Below are positions 1 through 8,347 of a stretch of DNA of 57,774 nt, piece by piece (positions within the stretch are counted from its first letter, which is position 1; every line of letters begins with the position of its first letter). The notes below the pieces were generated by a model. The model did no database searches. It was not told where the DNA came from and worked only from the letters and a program-made list of their open reading frames with translations. Source of the stretch: an uncultured delta proteobacterium (GTDB lineage: Bacteria; Myxococcota; UBA727; VGSZ01); contig CAVZJB010000009.1 in the NCBI GenBank assembly GCA_963775425.1, forward strand, positions 336,616 through 394,389, in the 5' to 3' direction. The position numbers and the translations under genes are program-made.

Positions 1-1085
1 GACGCGCCGGAGGCGCTGGCGGCGACGAGCGATGGGTCCGCGGCCACCGAGGCGTCGACGGCGATGGACGACGCGGCGCCCTCCACCGCGGCCGGCGGCG
101 TGAACAGGTCGTGGCCGCTGGTGCCGTCGAGCGCGACGCCTGCGCTGTGGACGGCGTTCATCTGGTTTGCGAAGTCGAACGCGGCCTGGTCGACGTTCTT
201 CTCGGCCGCGGCGAGCCCGCCGTCGCGCGCCTGCAACAGGCCGCCGATGGTCCCGCCGACCTGCGCGTTGTCGAGCACCTTGGCGGGCGCACCGTCGACG
301 CCGGTGGCGGTGAGCGCGAGGTGGCCGCGGTTTCCGGCGACGGCCCGGGTGCCGAAGGTCGCGGACTTGTCTCCCGCCACGAGGACCACGCTGCCGGTCT
401 GCACGTTCAGGTCGCCGTCCTGCTCGATGAGCTTTCCGCCGGTGAGCGCGGAGAGATCCTCGGCCGCCTTGCGGCGCGCGTCGAGGAGGTCGTTGGGCTC
501 GCCGCCGCCGGCGCGGGCCTTGCGCACCTCGGCGTTGAGGCGCGCGACGTTCTTGGCGAGGTCGGTCGCTTGCGCGGCCTCGCCTCCGAGCTGCCCGTCG
601 ACGGCGCGCCGGGCGCCGTCGAGCTCGGACGCCGACCGTTGAAACGTCTGCGCCACCTGTCCCGCGGCCGTGACGAACGCGCGCCGCGCGCCCGGATCGG
701 AGGGCTGCCGCGACAACTCGCGCACCGCGGAGAAGAAGTTGGCCAAGGTGGTCGGCAGGTTGAGCGGGTCGTCCGGGTCGAGCGACCTGACGGAGGTGAG
801 GGTCGAGGCCTGCGCGTCCGCGAACGCCGCGGCGCCGAGCGCGCCCGGCACCTGTGCCTCGAGGAAGCGGTCGCGCGCCTGGCTCACGGTGAGCACGTTC
901 ACGCCTTGGCCGATGAAGGCGCCGCCGAGCATGGCGGCCGGCAGCGCGGCGGTGAGCTCGGCGCGCTGGCGGGCGTAGCCGGGCGTCGACGCGTTGTCGA
1001 TGTTGTGGCTGGCGGTGGCGACGCCGACGCTCTGCGCGGAGAGGGAGCGCGCTGCGATGCTGAGTTGGGACAGCAGGTCGGTCAC
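1..1085 (-). CDS. flgK: flagellar hook-associated protein 1 FlgK, N-terminal ~360 codons (3' end beyond the left window edge)
   Basis: Absent from the ORF track because there is no in-window stop. Reverse-strand translation from GTG at ~1085 gives VTDLLSQLSIAARSLSAQSVGVATASHNIDNASTPGYARQRAEL, the conserved N-terminal segment of the flagellin/hook-associated family, and later GTSGHDLFTPP typical of FlgK. A GGAGGG sits 4-5 nt upstream, overlapping the flgN stop. Lies directly downstream of flgM-flgN. GC3 is high in this frame. Confidence 0.85.
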   Translation of the reverse strand, partial: MTDLLSQLSIAARSLSAQSVGVATASHNIDNASTPGYARQRAELTAALPAAMLGGAFIGQGVNVLTVSQARDRFLEAQVPGALGAAAFADAQASTLTSVRSLDPDDPLNLPTTLANFFSAVRELSRQPSDPGARRAFVTAAGQVAQTFQRSASELDGARRAVDGQLGGEAAQATDLAKNVARLNAEVRKARAGGGEPNDLLDARRKAAEDLSALTGGKLIEQDGDLNVQTGSVVLVAGDKSATFGTRAVAGNRGHLALTATGVDGAPAKVLDNAQVGGTIGGLLQARDGGLAAAEKNVDQAAFDFANQMNAVHSAGVALDGTSGHDLFTPPAAVEGAASSIAVDASVAADPSLVAASASGA

Positions 1086-1094
1086 GTCACCCTC

Positions 1095-1550
1095 CTAGGC
1101 TTGGGTCCTCGTCGAGGACGGGAGAGACGCGGCTCTCGCCTCGCCACCGCGTCCGTATGCTTGAGGGGCAGGGAAGAGCGCCGCGAGGTAGGCGCGCACG
1201 ACGGCGCGCGCGCGGGCGACCATCGCGTGACGGCGCGCGTCGCTGGCGGTGAGATCGCGGACGAGAGCGCGGACGCGTCCGATCTTGCTCCGGATGGCGT
1301 CGACGGCGTCGGGGCTCGTCGCAGAGAGGGCGTCGAGCGTGGGCTCGCGACCCGAGCGGCGCGCCTCCTCTTCGACGGCGGACAGGACGCTGCGCTCGAG
1401 CGCGGCCAGTCGCGCGCGGACCTCGCCGCGCTCCACGGCCCACCGGGCGAGCGCCGCGACGTCCGGCTTGTGCCGTTCTTGATCGATGGAGGCCTCGAGC
1501 GTGCGCACGATCTCGTCGAGGTCCTGCAGCGCGCGCTCGAGGGTGGTCAT
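1095..1550 (-). CDS. flgN: flagellar export chaperone FlgN-like protein
   Basis: Internal ATG of the 264-aa minus ORF (MTTLERALQDLDEIVRTLEASIDQERHKPD). 151 aa, helical. Start overlaps the flgM stop (ATGA). Position between flgM and flgK matches the canonical flgMN-flgKL arrangement. The upstream part of the ORF-track reading is Arg/Pro-rich wrong-frame text. Confidence 0.6.
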   Translation of the reverse strand: MTTLERALQDLDEIVRTLEASIDQERHKPDVAALARWAVERGEVRARLAALERSVLSAVEEEARRSGREPTLDALSATSPDAVDAIRSKIGRVRALVRDLTASDARRHAMVARARAVVRAYLAALFPAPQAYGRGGEARAASLPSSTRTQA

Positions 1551-1858
1551 GGGGTCACCGCGGCGCCCGGGTGTTCGTCGAGGGACGCCTCCACGCCCTC
1601 GAGGAGATCGGACGTCTCGAGCATGCGGGCCGCGATGCGGCCGGGGTCGGGTCGATAGGTGCCGTTGCGCACAGCGAGGGCCAGGACCCTCATGCGCTCC
1701 GCGCGCGCCTGCTTCTCTTTGACCAGGGAGGTGGTGACGGCGCGCTCCGTCCGGTCGAACGAGACGCGGTCGCCCGGGGGCTTCGCGGCTTCGCGCGGAT
1801 CGGCTGTGCGCGTCACGGGTCGTGCTTCGAGAGCGGGGAGGGGGCTGTTGATCTTCAC
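1547..1858 (-). CDS. flgM: anti-sigma-28 factor FlgM
   Basis: 103 aa, MKINSP... with C-terminal VRNGTYRPDPGRIAARMLE resembling the FlgM C-terminal sigma-28-binding motif. Overlaps flgJ stop and flgN start by 4 nt. Confidence 0.8.
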   Translation of the reverse strand: MKINSPLPALEARPVTRTADPREAAKPPGDRVSFDRTERAVTTSLVKEKQARAERMRVLALAVRNGTYRPDPGRIAARMLETSDLLEGVEASLDEHPGAAVTP

Positions 1859-2598
1859 GGCTTCGAGTCCTCACCCGAGTCTTCGACACGGGCGGGGCGG
1901 ACCTTTAGGGTGGATGTGGGATCCGGCGGCCGGCGCCACCGCGCGGCGTGCGCGTTGGGATCCACGGGAGTCCCGTGGATCCGAGCCTCGACATGGACGT
2001 GCGGTCCCGTGGATCTGCCCGTGGAGCCCACATCTGCCACCACCTGGCCGGCCTCCACGCGCTGGCCCCGCGCGACGAGCAGCTTCTCGGCGTGCGCGTA
2101 GCGGGTGACGACGCCGTCGTCGCCCTCCACCTCGACGGCGAGCCCGTAGCCGCCCTCGCGCCCGGCGGCCCGGACCACGCCCCCCGCGAGCGCGTGGATC
2201 GGGGTGCCGGCGGGCGCCGCGATGTCGATGCCCTCGTGAAACGCGGCGTGTCCGTCGATGGGGTCGCGCCGCGGGCCGAAGGGGCTCGTGACGTGGCCGC
2301 GCCCGGCGAGCAGCGCCTCCTCGAGTCCCGCCGCGCCCGCGGCCGCCGCCGGCAGGCCGCCCGCGCCGCGGTGAGGCGCGGGCGGGGCCTCGTGCGCCCC
2401 GCCGCCGAGCGAGCGCTCGACGGCGCCGGCGAGCCCGAGGCCGCCGGCCTTGGCCACGGCGTTGGCGATGACGTCGACGAACATGTCGCCGTAGACGTGG
2501 GCGCCGCTGTCCTTGCTCCCGAAGACCTTGGCCTCGCGCAGCAGTTGCCGCAAGAGCACCGCCTCGAGCTGCTGGGCTGCGTCGTGCACCGTCTTCAT
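1855..2598 (-). CDS. flgJ: FlgJ-like protein: N-terminal rod-binding domain fused to an M23 peptidase domain
   Basis: 247 aa. N-terminus AAQQLEAVLLRQLLREA matches the FlgJ rod-binding domain. C-terminus SPFGPRRDPIDGHAAFHEGIDIAAPAGTPIHA ... GYGLAVEVEGDDGVVTRYAHAEKLLVARGQRVEAGQVVADVGSTGRSTGPHVHVEAR is an M23/LytM peptidase fold with the HxxxD and HxH metal-ligand arrangement. Sits between flgI and flgM. Confidence 0.85.
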   Translation of the reverse strand: MKTVHDAAQQLEAVLLRQLLREAKVFGSKDSGAHVYGDMFVDVIANAVAKAGGLGLAGAVERSLGGGAHEAPPAPHRGAGGLPAAAAGAAGLEEALLAGRGHVTSPFGPRRDPIDGHAAFHEGIDIAAPAGTPIHALAGGVVRAAGREGGYGLAVEVEGDDGVVTRYAHAEKLLVARGQRVEAGQVVADVGSTGRSTGPHVHVEARIHGTPVDPNAHAARWRRPPDPTSTLKVRPARVEDSGEDSKP

Positions 2599-3696
2599 TC
2601 ACATCACCACAATCTCGGCGTCGACGGCGCCGGCGGCCTGCATGGCCTGCAGGATGGCGATGACGTCGCGCGGCGTGGCCCCGAGGACGTTGAGCGCCGC
2701 CACGAGCTCGTCGACGGTGGACGCGGCGGGCACGGCCTTGGCGGCGCCCGAGCCCTCTGTGACGTCGAGCTGCGCGCGGTTCGTCACCGCCGTGCGCCCG
2801 CCCGAAAACGGGCCCGGCTGCGACACCAGCGTGTCGCCCGCCACCGCCACCTGGAGGTCGCCGTGCGCGACGACCACCGGTCGGATACGCACGCCCTCGC
2901 CGGCCACGATGGTCCCGGTGCGCTCGCTGATGACGATGCGCGCGCGGCCCACGGCGTCGACCTCGAGGTCTTCGATCTTCGCCAGCACGTCCATGGCCTC
3001 GTCGCTGCCGCGGTCGATCTCGACGGCGGCGGGGTCGGTGGCGCGCGCGCGCGTTCCGCCGAGGGCGGAGTTGACGGCGTCGGCGATCTTCTTGGCGGTC
3101 TGGATGTCCGGCCGGCGCAGCGCGAGCACGAGCGGGCCGGCGTCGAGGTCGGGGCGCACCGCGGCCTCGACGACGCCGCCCGAGGGCACGCGGCCCGACG
3201 CGGTGTCGTTTCGTTGCACACGCGAGCCCGCGGCTTCGACGAGGACGCCGCCGGTCTGTACCGGGCCCTGCGCGGTGGCGTAGACCTTCCCGTCGGCGCC
3301 CACGAGCGGCGTGACGACGAGCGTTCCGCCCACGAGGGAGCGGGCGTCGCCGAGGGAGCTGACGGTGACGTCGAGGTGGGCGCCCGGCCGCATGAACGTC
3401 GGCAGCGTCGCCGTCACCATCACGGCGGCGACGTTGCGCGATCGGATCTGGCCGGGCTCCACGCGCACGCCGAGGCGCCCGAGCATCCCGCTCATCGACT
3501 GCTGCGTGAACAGGACGCGCGCGCTGTCGCCGGTGCCGGCGAGGCCGACCACGAGGCCGTAGCCGAACAACGCGTTGTCGCGGACGCCGCGCACGTCGAC
3601 GATGTCCTTGACGCGCGACTTGCCGTTGGCGGTCGGTGCGCCCGCCGCCGGCGCGGCGAGGAGAGCGAGGGCGACGGTGAGGAGGGCGGCGCGCAT
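2599..3696 (-). CDS. flgI: flagellar P-ring protein FlgI
   Basis: 365 aa starting MRAALLTVALALLAAPAAGA (signal peptide), from an internal ATG of the 579-aa ORF. Contains FGYGLVVGLAGTGD and the C-terminal ELVAALNVLGATPRDVIAILQAMQAAGAVDAEIVVM, both typical of FlgI. The upstream 214 codons of the ORF-track reading are Arg-rich junk. Confidence 0.95.
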   Translation of the reverse strand: MRAALLTVALALLAAPAAGAPTANGKSRVKDIVDVRGVRDNALFGYGLVVGLAGTGDSARVLFTQQSMSGMLGRLGVRVEPGQIRSRNVAAVMVTATLPTFMRPGAHLDVTVSSLGDARSLVGGTLVVTPLVGADGKVYATAQGPVQTGGVLVEAAGSRVQRNDTASGRVPSGGVVEAAVRPDLDAGPLVLALRRPDIQTAKKIADAVNSALGGTRARATDPAAVEIDRGSDEAMDVLAKIEDLEVDAVGRARIVISERTGTIVAGEGVRIRPVVVAHGDLQVAVAGDTLVSQPGPFSGGRTAVTNRAQLDVTEGSGAAKAVPAASTVDELVAALNVLGATPRDVIAILQAMQAAGAVDAEIVVM

Positions 3697-4394
3697 CAAA
3701 ACGGCCACAGGAAGTGGAGGAAGCGGGGCACGACGGGCTCCGTGGTGTTGTCGGTGACGACGCCCTGGCCGACGAACTCGATCTCGGCCTCGGCGATCTT
3801 GGACGACGCGATGCTGTTTTGTTGGTCGATGTCGACGGGCCGGACGATGCCGGAGACGTAGAGGTGGTGCTCCTCGGCGTTCACGAGGATCACGCGGTGA
3901 CCCTCGATCATGAGGTTGCCGTTGGGCATCACCTGCTTCACCACGGTGGAGACCGTGGCCACCAGGCGCTCCTTGCGGTTGGTGCTGCCGCCGCCCTGAA
4001 AGGTGCCGTCGGTGGTCGCCTGCGCGGTGGAGGCCACGTCGTTTCCCGTGGGGATGAGCGGGCCGATGAGGGGCACCGCGCTGAGACCGAGCGCGGTGTT
4101 GCTGTGCCGCTCGACGTCGGTGTCGGCGGAGCGCTCGGCGTCGGCGACCTCCTCCACGCGCACGACGACGACGTCGTTGACGCGAAAGGCGCGCGCGTCG
4201 ACGAACAGGCCGGCGCCGAGCTCGCCGTCGCGCCACAGGCTGCCGGTGGTCACGGGGCGCGCGTCGGTCGCCTGCGCCTTGGGCAGCTCGATGGTGCGCT
4301 TCTTCGGCGCGTAGGGCGCGATGTGCGCGGGCGCGCACGCGGCGAGGGCGCCGGCGACGAGCACCGCGGCGGCGCTGGCGATCCGGAGGATCAT
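3696..4394 (-). CDS. flgH: flagellar L-ring lipoprotein FlgH
   Basis: Internal ATG (MILRIASAAAVLVAGALAAC) gives a lipoprotein signal with an LAAC lipobox. Body has GSLW...GDVVVVRVEE...NLMIEGHRVILVNAEEHHLYVSGIVRP, diagnostic of FlgH. Stop overlaps flgI ATG by 1 nt. GAGGTG lies 7 nt upstream of the start. Confidence 0.92.
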   Translation of the reverse strand: MILRIASAAAVLVAGALAACAPAHIAPYAPKKRTIELPKAQATDARPVTTGSLWRDGELGAGLFVDARAFRVNDVVVVRVEEVADAERSADTDVERHSNTALGLSAVPLIGPLIPTGNDVASTAQATTDGTFQGGGSTNRKERLVATVSTVVKQVMPNGNLMIEGHRVILVNAEEHHLYVSGIVRPVDIDQQNSIASSKIAEAEIEFVGQGVVTDNTTEPVVPRFLHFLWPF

Positions 4395-4702
4395 CGGCGC
4401 ACCTCGACGACGAGGTCGCCGCCCGACAGGTGCCCCGCCACGCGCTTGCCGCTGCGGAGCATGGCGCACACGGGCTGCACCTCGTCGCGCGGGCAGGCGA
4501 CGGTGCGGCCGTGGTCGACCAGGGTGAGCGCGCCGATGTGCACCACGATGCGCACGAGCATGTTGCGCGGCACGTGCTTCGGCGCGGGCGATGTGGCCGT
4601 CGCCGCCGGCTTCACGGCCGCGGGGCGTGGGGCCCTTGCGTGCGTGGACGGCGCGAGGGCGAGCATCAGGGGGACGGCGACGGCCGCGAGCAAGGCGCTC
4701 AT
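4391..4702 (-). CDS. flgA: small FlgA-like periplasmic P-ring assembly chaperone (SAF-domain-only form)
   Basis: 103 aa with signal peptide MSALLAAVAVPLMLALAPSTHA. C-terminal GKRVAGHLSGGDLVVEVRR resembles the FlgA C-terminal SAF domain. Position between flgG and flgH matches flgFGAHI loci. Assignment rests mainly on synteny. Confidence 0.5.
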   Translation of the reverse strand: MSALLAAVAVPLMLALAPSTHARAPRPAAVKPAATATSPAPKHVPRNMLVRIVVHIGALTLVDHGRTVACPRDEVQPVCAMLRSGKRVAGHLSGGDLVVEVRR

Positions 4703-4706
4703 GAGC

Positions 4707-5471
4707 TCACCTCAAGTTGCTCAGACGCTGGAGCATCTGGTCGGCGCTCTGGATGACCTTCGAGGACATCTCGTAGGAGCGCTGCGCGGTGATGAGGTCG
4801 ATCATCTCCTCGACGGTCTTCACGTTGGCGCCCTCGAGCATCCCCTGCTGCAGGGTCCCGGCGCCGTCGCTGCCGGGCGCGGTGATGAGCGGCTCGCCGC
4901 TCGCCTCCGTCGCCTTCAGCATGGTGTCTCCGAGCGCCTGGAGGCCGCCGGGGTTCGCGAACACGGCGATGTCGAGCTGGCCGAGCACCTGCGGCGCGTC
5001 GCGCCCCGGGACCGTGGCGCTGACGCGCCCGTCGCGGTCGATGGTGACGGACGTGGCGTCCTCGGGGACCTCGATGCCGGGCTCCATGAGCAGGCCGTTT
5101 TGCGTCACGAGCTGCCCGGTGCCATCGACGCGCAGGTTCCCCGCGCGCGTGTACGCGACCTCGCCGTCGGGCGTGCGCACCTGGAAGAACCCGTTGCCCT
5201 GGATGGCGACGTCGAGCGGGTTCTGCGTGTTGATGAGGTCGCCCTGGCCGAAGTCGCGCGTGGTGGCCGCCACCCGCACGCCGAGGCCGCTCTCGAGCGG
5301 CGCCGGCTGACCCGCGGGCGCCGCGAGCTGCTCGACGAGGAGATCTTCGAACTCCGCGCGCGCCTTCTTGAAACCCGTGGTGGTCGCGTTCGCGAGGTTG
5401 TTCGCGACCACGTTCATCTTGGTCTCTTGCGCGATCATGCCGGTGGCGGCGATGGACAAAGAACGCATCAT
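4707..5471 (-). CDS. flgG: flagellar distal rod protein FlgG
   Basis: 254 aa from internal ATG (MMRSLSIAATGMIAQETKMNVVANNLANATTTGFKK ... VEEMIDLITAQRSYEMSSKVIQSADQMLQRLSNLR), a full-length FlgG signature. Start overlaps the flgF stop (ATGATG). Confidence 0.95.
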   Translation of the reverse strand: MMRSLSIAATGMIAQETKMNVVANNLANATTTGFKKARAEFEDLLVEQLAAPAGQPAPLESGLGVRVAATTRDFGQGDLINTQNPLDVAIQGNGFFQVRTPDGEVAYTRAGNLRVDGTGQLVTQNGLLMEPGIEVPEDATSVTIDRDGRVSATVPGRDAPQVLGQLDIAVFANPGGLQALGDTMLKATEASGEPLITAPGSDGAGTLQQGMLEGANVKTVEEMIDLITAQRSYEMSSKVIQSADQMLQRLSNLR

Positions 5472-6166
5472 GCGCGGATCCTCCCGATCTCGGCCGCGCG
5501 CTGATCGAGCGAGCGCGACGTTTGAATGGCTTGCATCGCGTGGTCGTAGGCGCGCTGCGCGCTCACGAGGTTGACGGTGGCGTCGAGCGCTGAGGCGTTG
5601 CTGCCCTCGAGCTCCCCGCTGTGCACGCGGGCCTGCACCGGCTCCGCCGCCGCCGGATCCGCCGGCGCGACCATGGTGGGCGCGACGCGGACGACCTCGC
5701 CGCCGAGGCGCGCGAGCAGGAGCGAATCGACGACGGCGCCGTTTTGCAGCACGCGCCCCTGCGCGTCGATGCTGACGTCGCCGGCGCCGGGTGTGACGAT
5801 GACGGGGTTGCCCGACGCGCCGAGGACGGCGTGACCGGCGGAGAGGAGCTGGCCTTCGGCGTCTATCTGCAGGGCGCCGTCGCGGGTGAAGCCGCCGTCG
5901 ACGCCGAGCCAGACGCCCTCGTCGAGGCGCACGTCGAGCGGCCGGCCGGTGGTGGTGGTGGGACCCTCGCGTACGTCGACGCCGGTGTCGGCGGCGGCGA
6001 CGTACGCGGGGCCGCTCGGCGCCTCCTTTGGCAGGAACGCCTCGAAGCGCGGCGTCTCCGCGCGGAAGCCGGGCGTCTCTGCGTTGCTGAGGTTGTCGGC
6101 GATGGCGTCGAGCTGACGGAGCCTCGCGCTCGCGCCGGCCATGCCGATGTAGATGCCGTCGGTCAT
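5468..6166 (-). CDS. flgF: flagellar proximal rod protein FlgF
   Basis: 232 aa: MTDGIYIGMAGASARLRQLDAIADNLSNAETPGFRAE ... LVSAQRAYDHAMQAIQTSRSLDQRAAEI, the rod/hook N- and C-terminal heptad segments. First gene of the minus-strand flgFGAHIJMNK run. Confidence 0.92.
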   Translation of the reverse strand: MTDGIYIGMAGASARLRQLDAIADNLSNAETPGFRAETPRFEAFLPKEAPSGPAYVAAADTGVDVREGPTTTTGRPLDVRLDEGVWLGVDGGFTRDGALQIDAEGQLLSAGHAVLGASGNPVIVTPGAGDVSIDAQGRVLQNGAVVDSLLLARLGGEVVRVAPTMVAPADPAAAEPVQARVHSGELEGSNASALDATVNLVSAQRAYDHAMQAIQTSRSLDQRAAEIGRIRA

Positions 6167-6275
6167 GGAAATGGCATCGACGGCTCGCTGACGTTCCTTG
6201 AGAGATCCGCGCGACGGACCTCTGGCGCACGCGGATCAGCTCCAGCGAGGGCGCGCCGATGACGATGGTGCCCAC

Positions 6276-6674
6276 ATGGGACTCGACCCGGTCTTGAAGG
6301 TCCGCGCCGCCGCCGAGCTCGCCGCGCGCCGCCGCCTCGCCGCCGCCGTGAAGGCGGCTGAGGACGCGCGCCGCGTCGCCGAGGAGGCGCGCGCGCTGGT
6401 GATGAAAGCCGAGAGCGCCGGCGGCGCCGCGTGGCTCATCGAGGTGCACGACGTGGGACATCGTCGCTCCGTCGATGCCCTCACGCGCGCCGAACAGGAC
6501 CGCGCCCGCGCCGAGAGCGCCGCCGACCAGGTCCGCGGCGCCCACGTCGAGGCGCGCATGCACCTCCGCGTCATCGAGCGCGTCGTCGAAGAGCGCGATC
6601 TCGAGGCGCGCCGCGAGGCCGCGCGCAAAGAGCAGCGCGAGCAAGACGAGCGCTCCGCCGCCCGCTTCTCCTGA
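6276..6674 (+). CDS. FliJ-like coiled-coil protein (candidate flagellar export component), lone plus-strand gene between two minus-strand operons
   Basis: Internal ATG of the 158-aa plus ORF (MGLDPVLKVRAAAELAARRRLAAAVKAAEDARRVAEEARALV ... EARREAARKEQREQDE). Pattern LDPVLKVR + REAxRKEQREQDE recalls the FliJ N- and C-terminal heptads. GC3 is strongly biased in this frame, whereas the antisense frame is Ser/Arg-rich. fliJ is missing from its usual place after fliI. Confidence 0.5.
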   Translation: MGLDPVLKVRAAAELAARRRLAAAVKAAEDARRVAEEARALVMKAESAGGAAWLIEVHDVGHRRSVDALTRAEQDRARAESAADQVRGAHVEARMHLRVIERVVEERDLEARREAARKEQREQDERSAARFS

Positions 6675-6746
6675 AGAGGTCCCCTGGCTCGCCCCGGGGC
6701 CGCCGGCCCGCTTCGAGCGATGCGCGCCCCACGAGGGCGGCGAAGC

Positions 6747-7442
6747 TCAGGCGAGGGCGAGGCGCAGCTTGGCGACGGCGGCGTTGTGGATCTGACACAC
6801 GCGCGGCTCGCTCACGCCGAGGACCGCGGCGATCTCTTTGAGCGTCAATTCTTCGACGTAGCGCAGCGAGAGCACCGCCTGGTAGCGGTCGGTGAGCGTC
6901 GCCACGGCGTCGCGCAGCGCGGCCGCGCGCTCCCGGCCCACGATCAGCTCGTCGACGTGCGTGTCGCCGCTCGCCACCGGCCCCGCGTCCTCGAGCGGCC
7001 TGTGCGCTTCGTTCGCCTTTTCGAGCCGGTCGACCTCGCGCATGTCGACGTCGAGCGCGCCCGCGATCTCGTCGCGCGACGGCGCCCGGCCGAGCGCCGT
7101 GGTGAGCTCGTGGCGCTTCTTCTCCAGCGTGGCCACGCGGCCGCGGAGCCGGCGCGGCAGGCGGTCCATGCGGCGCAGCTCGTCGAGCATCGCCCCGCGG
7201 ACCCGGTGGCTGACGAACCCCTCGAGCTTCACGCCGCGCGCGGGGTCGTACCGCTTCATCGCGTCGAGCAGGCCGAGCGCGCCTGCCGACCACAGGTCGT
7301 CCGCGTCCACGCCGGTGCGCGCGGCCAGCGCCAGCGCCGCCCGGCGCACGACGTGGCCGAAGCGCTTCAGGATCTCGTTGTCGTCGGCCGGCGCCGCCGC
7401 ATACCGCTGCAGCGCGTATTGCGTGTTGCTCGTCGTGGTCAT
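6747..7442 (-). CDS. fliA: flagellar sigma factor FliA (sigma-28)
   Basis: 231 aa from internal ATG (MTTTSNTQYALQRY...). Region 2 (DLWSAGALGLLDAMKRYDP, RRMDRLPRR) and region 4.2 (YVEELTLKEIAAVLGVSEPRVCQIHNAAVAKLR) are recognisable. ATG overlaps flhG stop (ATGA). Last gene of the flhA-flhF-flhG-fliA unit. Confidence 0.9.
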   Translation of the reverse strand: MTTTSNTQYALQRYAAAPADDNEILKRFGHVVRRAALALAARTGVDADDLWSAGALGLLDAMKRYDPARGVKLEGFVSHRVRGAMLDELRRMDRLPRRLRGRVATLEKKRHELTTALGRAPSRDEIAGALDVDMREVDRLEKANEAHRPLEDAGPVASGDTHVDELIVGRERAAALRDAVATLTDRYQAVLSLRYVEELTLKEIAAVLGVSEPRVCQIHNAAVAKLRLALA

Positions 7443-8347
7443 CCAGCAGACTCCCGGAACATGCGATCCCAAAACACCGACAGGCGCCCGCCCGCACCGC
7501 CGTCGGCGCCGTCGAGGACCCGGCGCTCCACCCGCGCGAGGGCGAGGCTCGCGCTGGCGTTCGGCGACAAATCCACCACCGCCCGGCGCGCCATCACCGC
7601 GCGGCGCACGGACTCGTCGCGCGGCACCCCGCCGGCGAAGCGCAGCCGCACGGGAAGGAAGCGCCCCGCGACCGCGGCGAGGCGGCCGAAGGAGTCGCGC
7701 GCGTCGGCGTCGGACATGGCGCAGTTGACGACGACGTCGACGGCGTCCACGCCCACCTGCGACAGCGCCTTCACGGCGGCGTAGGCGTCGATGAGGCAGG
7801 TGGGCTCCGCGTTCACCGTGAGCACACAGGTGCTCGCGGCGGACGCAAAGAACATGACGTTGCCGCCGATGCCCGCGCCGCAGTCGATGAGCACGAGGTC
7901 GAAGTCCTGCTCGACGAGCGCCAGCTCCTCCAGGATGCGTCTGCGGCTGCCGCCGTCCAGGTCGGCCAGCGCGCGCACGCCGCTGCCCGCCGCGAGGATC
8001 TTCACGCCGGACGGCCCATCGGCGATGGCGTCGCGGATGCCCGCGGTGCCCTCGATGACGTCCTCGATGGTGTAGCGGGCGCGTGCCTGCAGGATGACGT
8101 CGACGTTGGCGAGCCCGAGGTCGCCGTCGATGAGCAGCACGCGCACGCCGCGGCGCGCTGCGAGCACGGCGAGGTTGGTGCTCAGGAACGTCTTTCCCAC
8201 GCCGCCCTTTCCGCTCGCGACGGCGACGCAACGCGCCTTCGCCGTCGAGGGGGCCGGGCCGCGCTCGTCGCGCCGGTGCGCGTTCACGAGCACGCGGAGG
8301 CCGCCGGCCTGGTCGTCGTTCGAAGCGGGGTCCAGCTCGGGGGTCAC
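7439..8347 (-). CDS. flhG: flagellar number regulator FlhG (MinD/ParA-family ATPase, FleN/YlxH)
   Basis: 302 aa with deviant Walker A (VAVASGKGGVGKT) and LLIDGDLGLANVD. GTG start overlaps flhF stop (GTGA). Conserved flhF-flhG-fliA synteny. Confidence 0.9.
   Translation of the reverse strand: MTPELDPASNDDQAGGLRVLVNAHRRDERGPAPSTAKARCVAVASGKGGVGKTFLSTNLAVLAARRGVRVLLIDGDLGLANVDVILQARARYTIEDVIEGTAGIRDAIADGPSGVKILAAGSGVRALADLDGGSRRRILEELALVEQDFDLVLIDCGAGIGGNVMFFASAASTCVLTVNAEPTCLIDAYAAVKALSQVGVDAVDVVVNCAMSDADARDSFGRLAAVAGRFLPVRLRFAGGVPRDESVRRAVMARRAVVDLSPNASASLALARVERRVLDGADGGAGGRLSVFWDRMFRESAG

Noticed and set aside
111-1658. 515-aa plus-strand ORF across the first 1.6 kb
   Set aside because: Gly/Arg/Ala low-complexity text antisense to flgK, flgN and flgM. 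The minus frames carry the recognisable flagellar motifs and the GC3 bias.
1948-3861. 637-aa plus-strand ORF
   Set aside because: Antisense to flgJ and flgI. Arg/Gly/Asp-rich with no domain signatures. Typical long spurious ORF of a GC-rich genome.
3714-5504. 596-aa plus-strand ORF
   Set aside because: Antisense to flgH, flgA and flgG, whose own frames show the family motifs.
6675-6746. GCCCCGGGGC palindrome between the convergent FliJ-like gene and fliA as a bidirectional terminator
   Set aside because: Perfect 10-bp palindrome but no loop and no flanking T/A runs. Common word type in GC-rich DNA.
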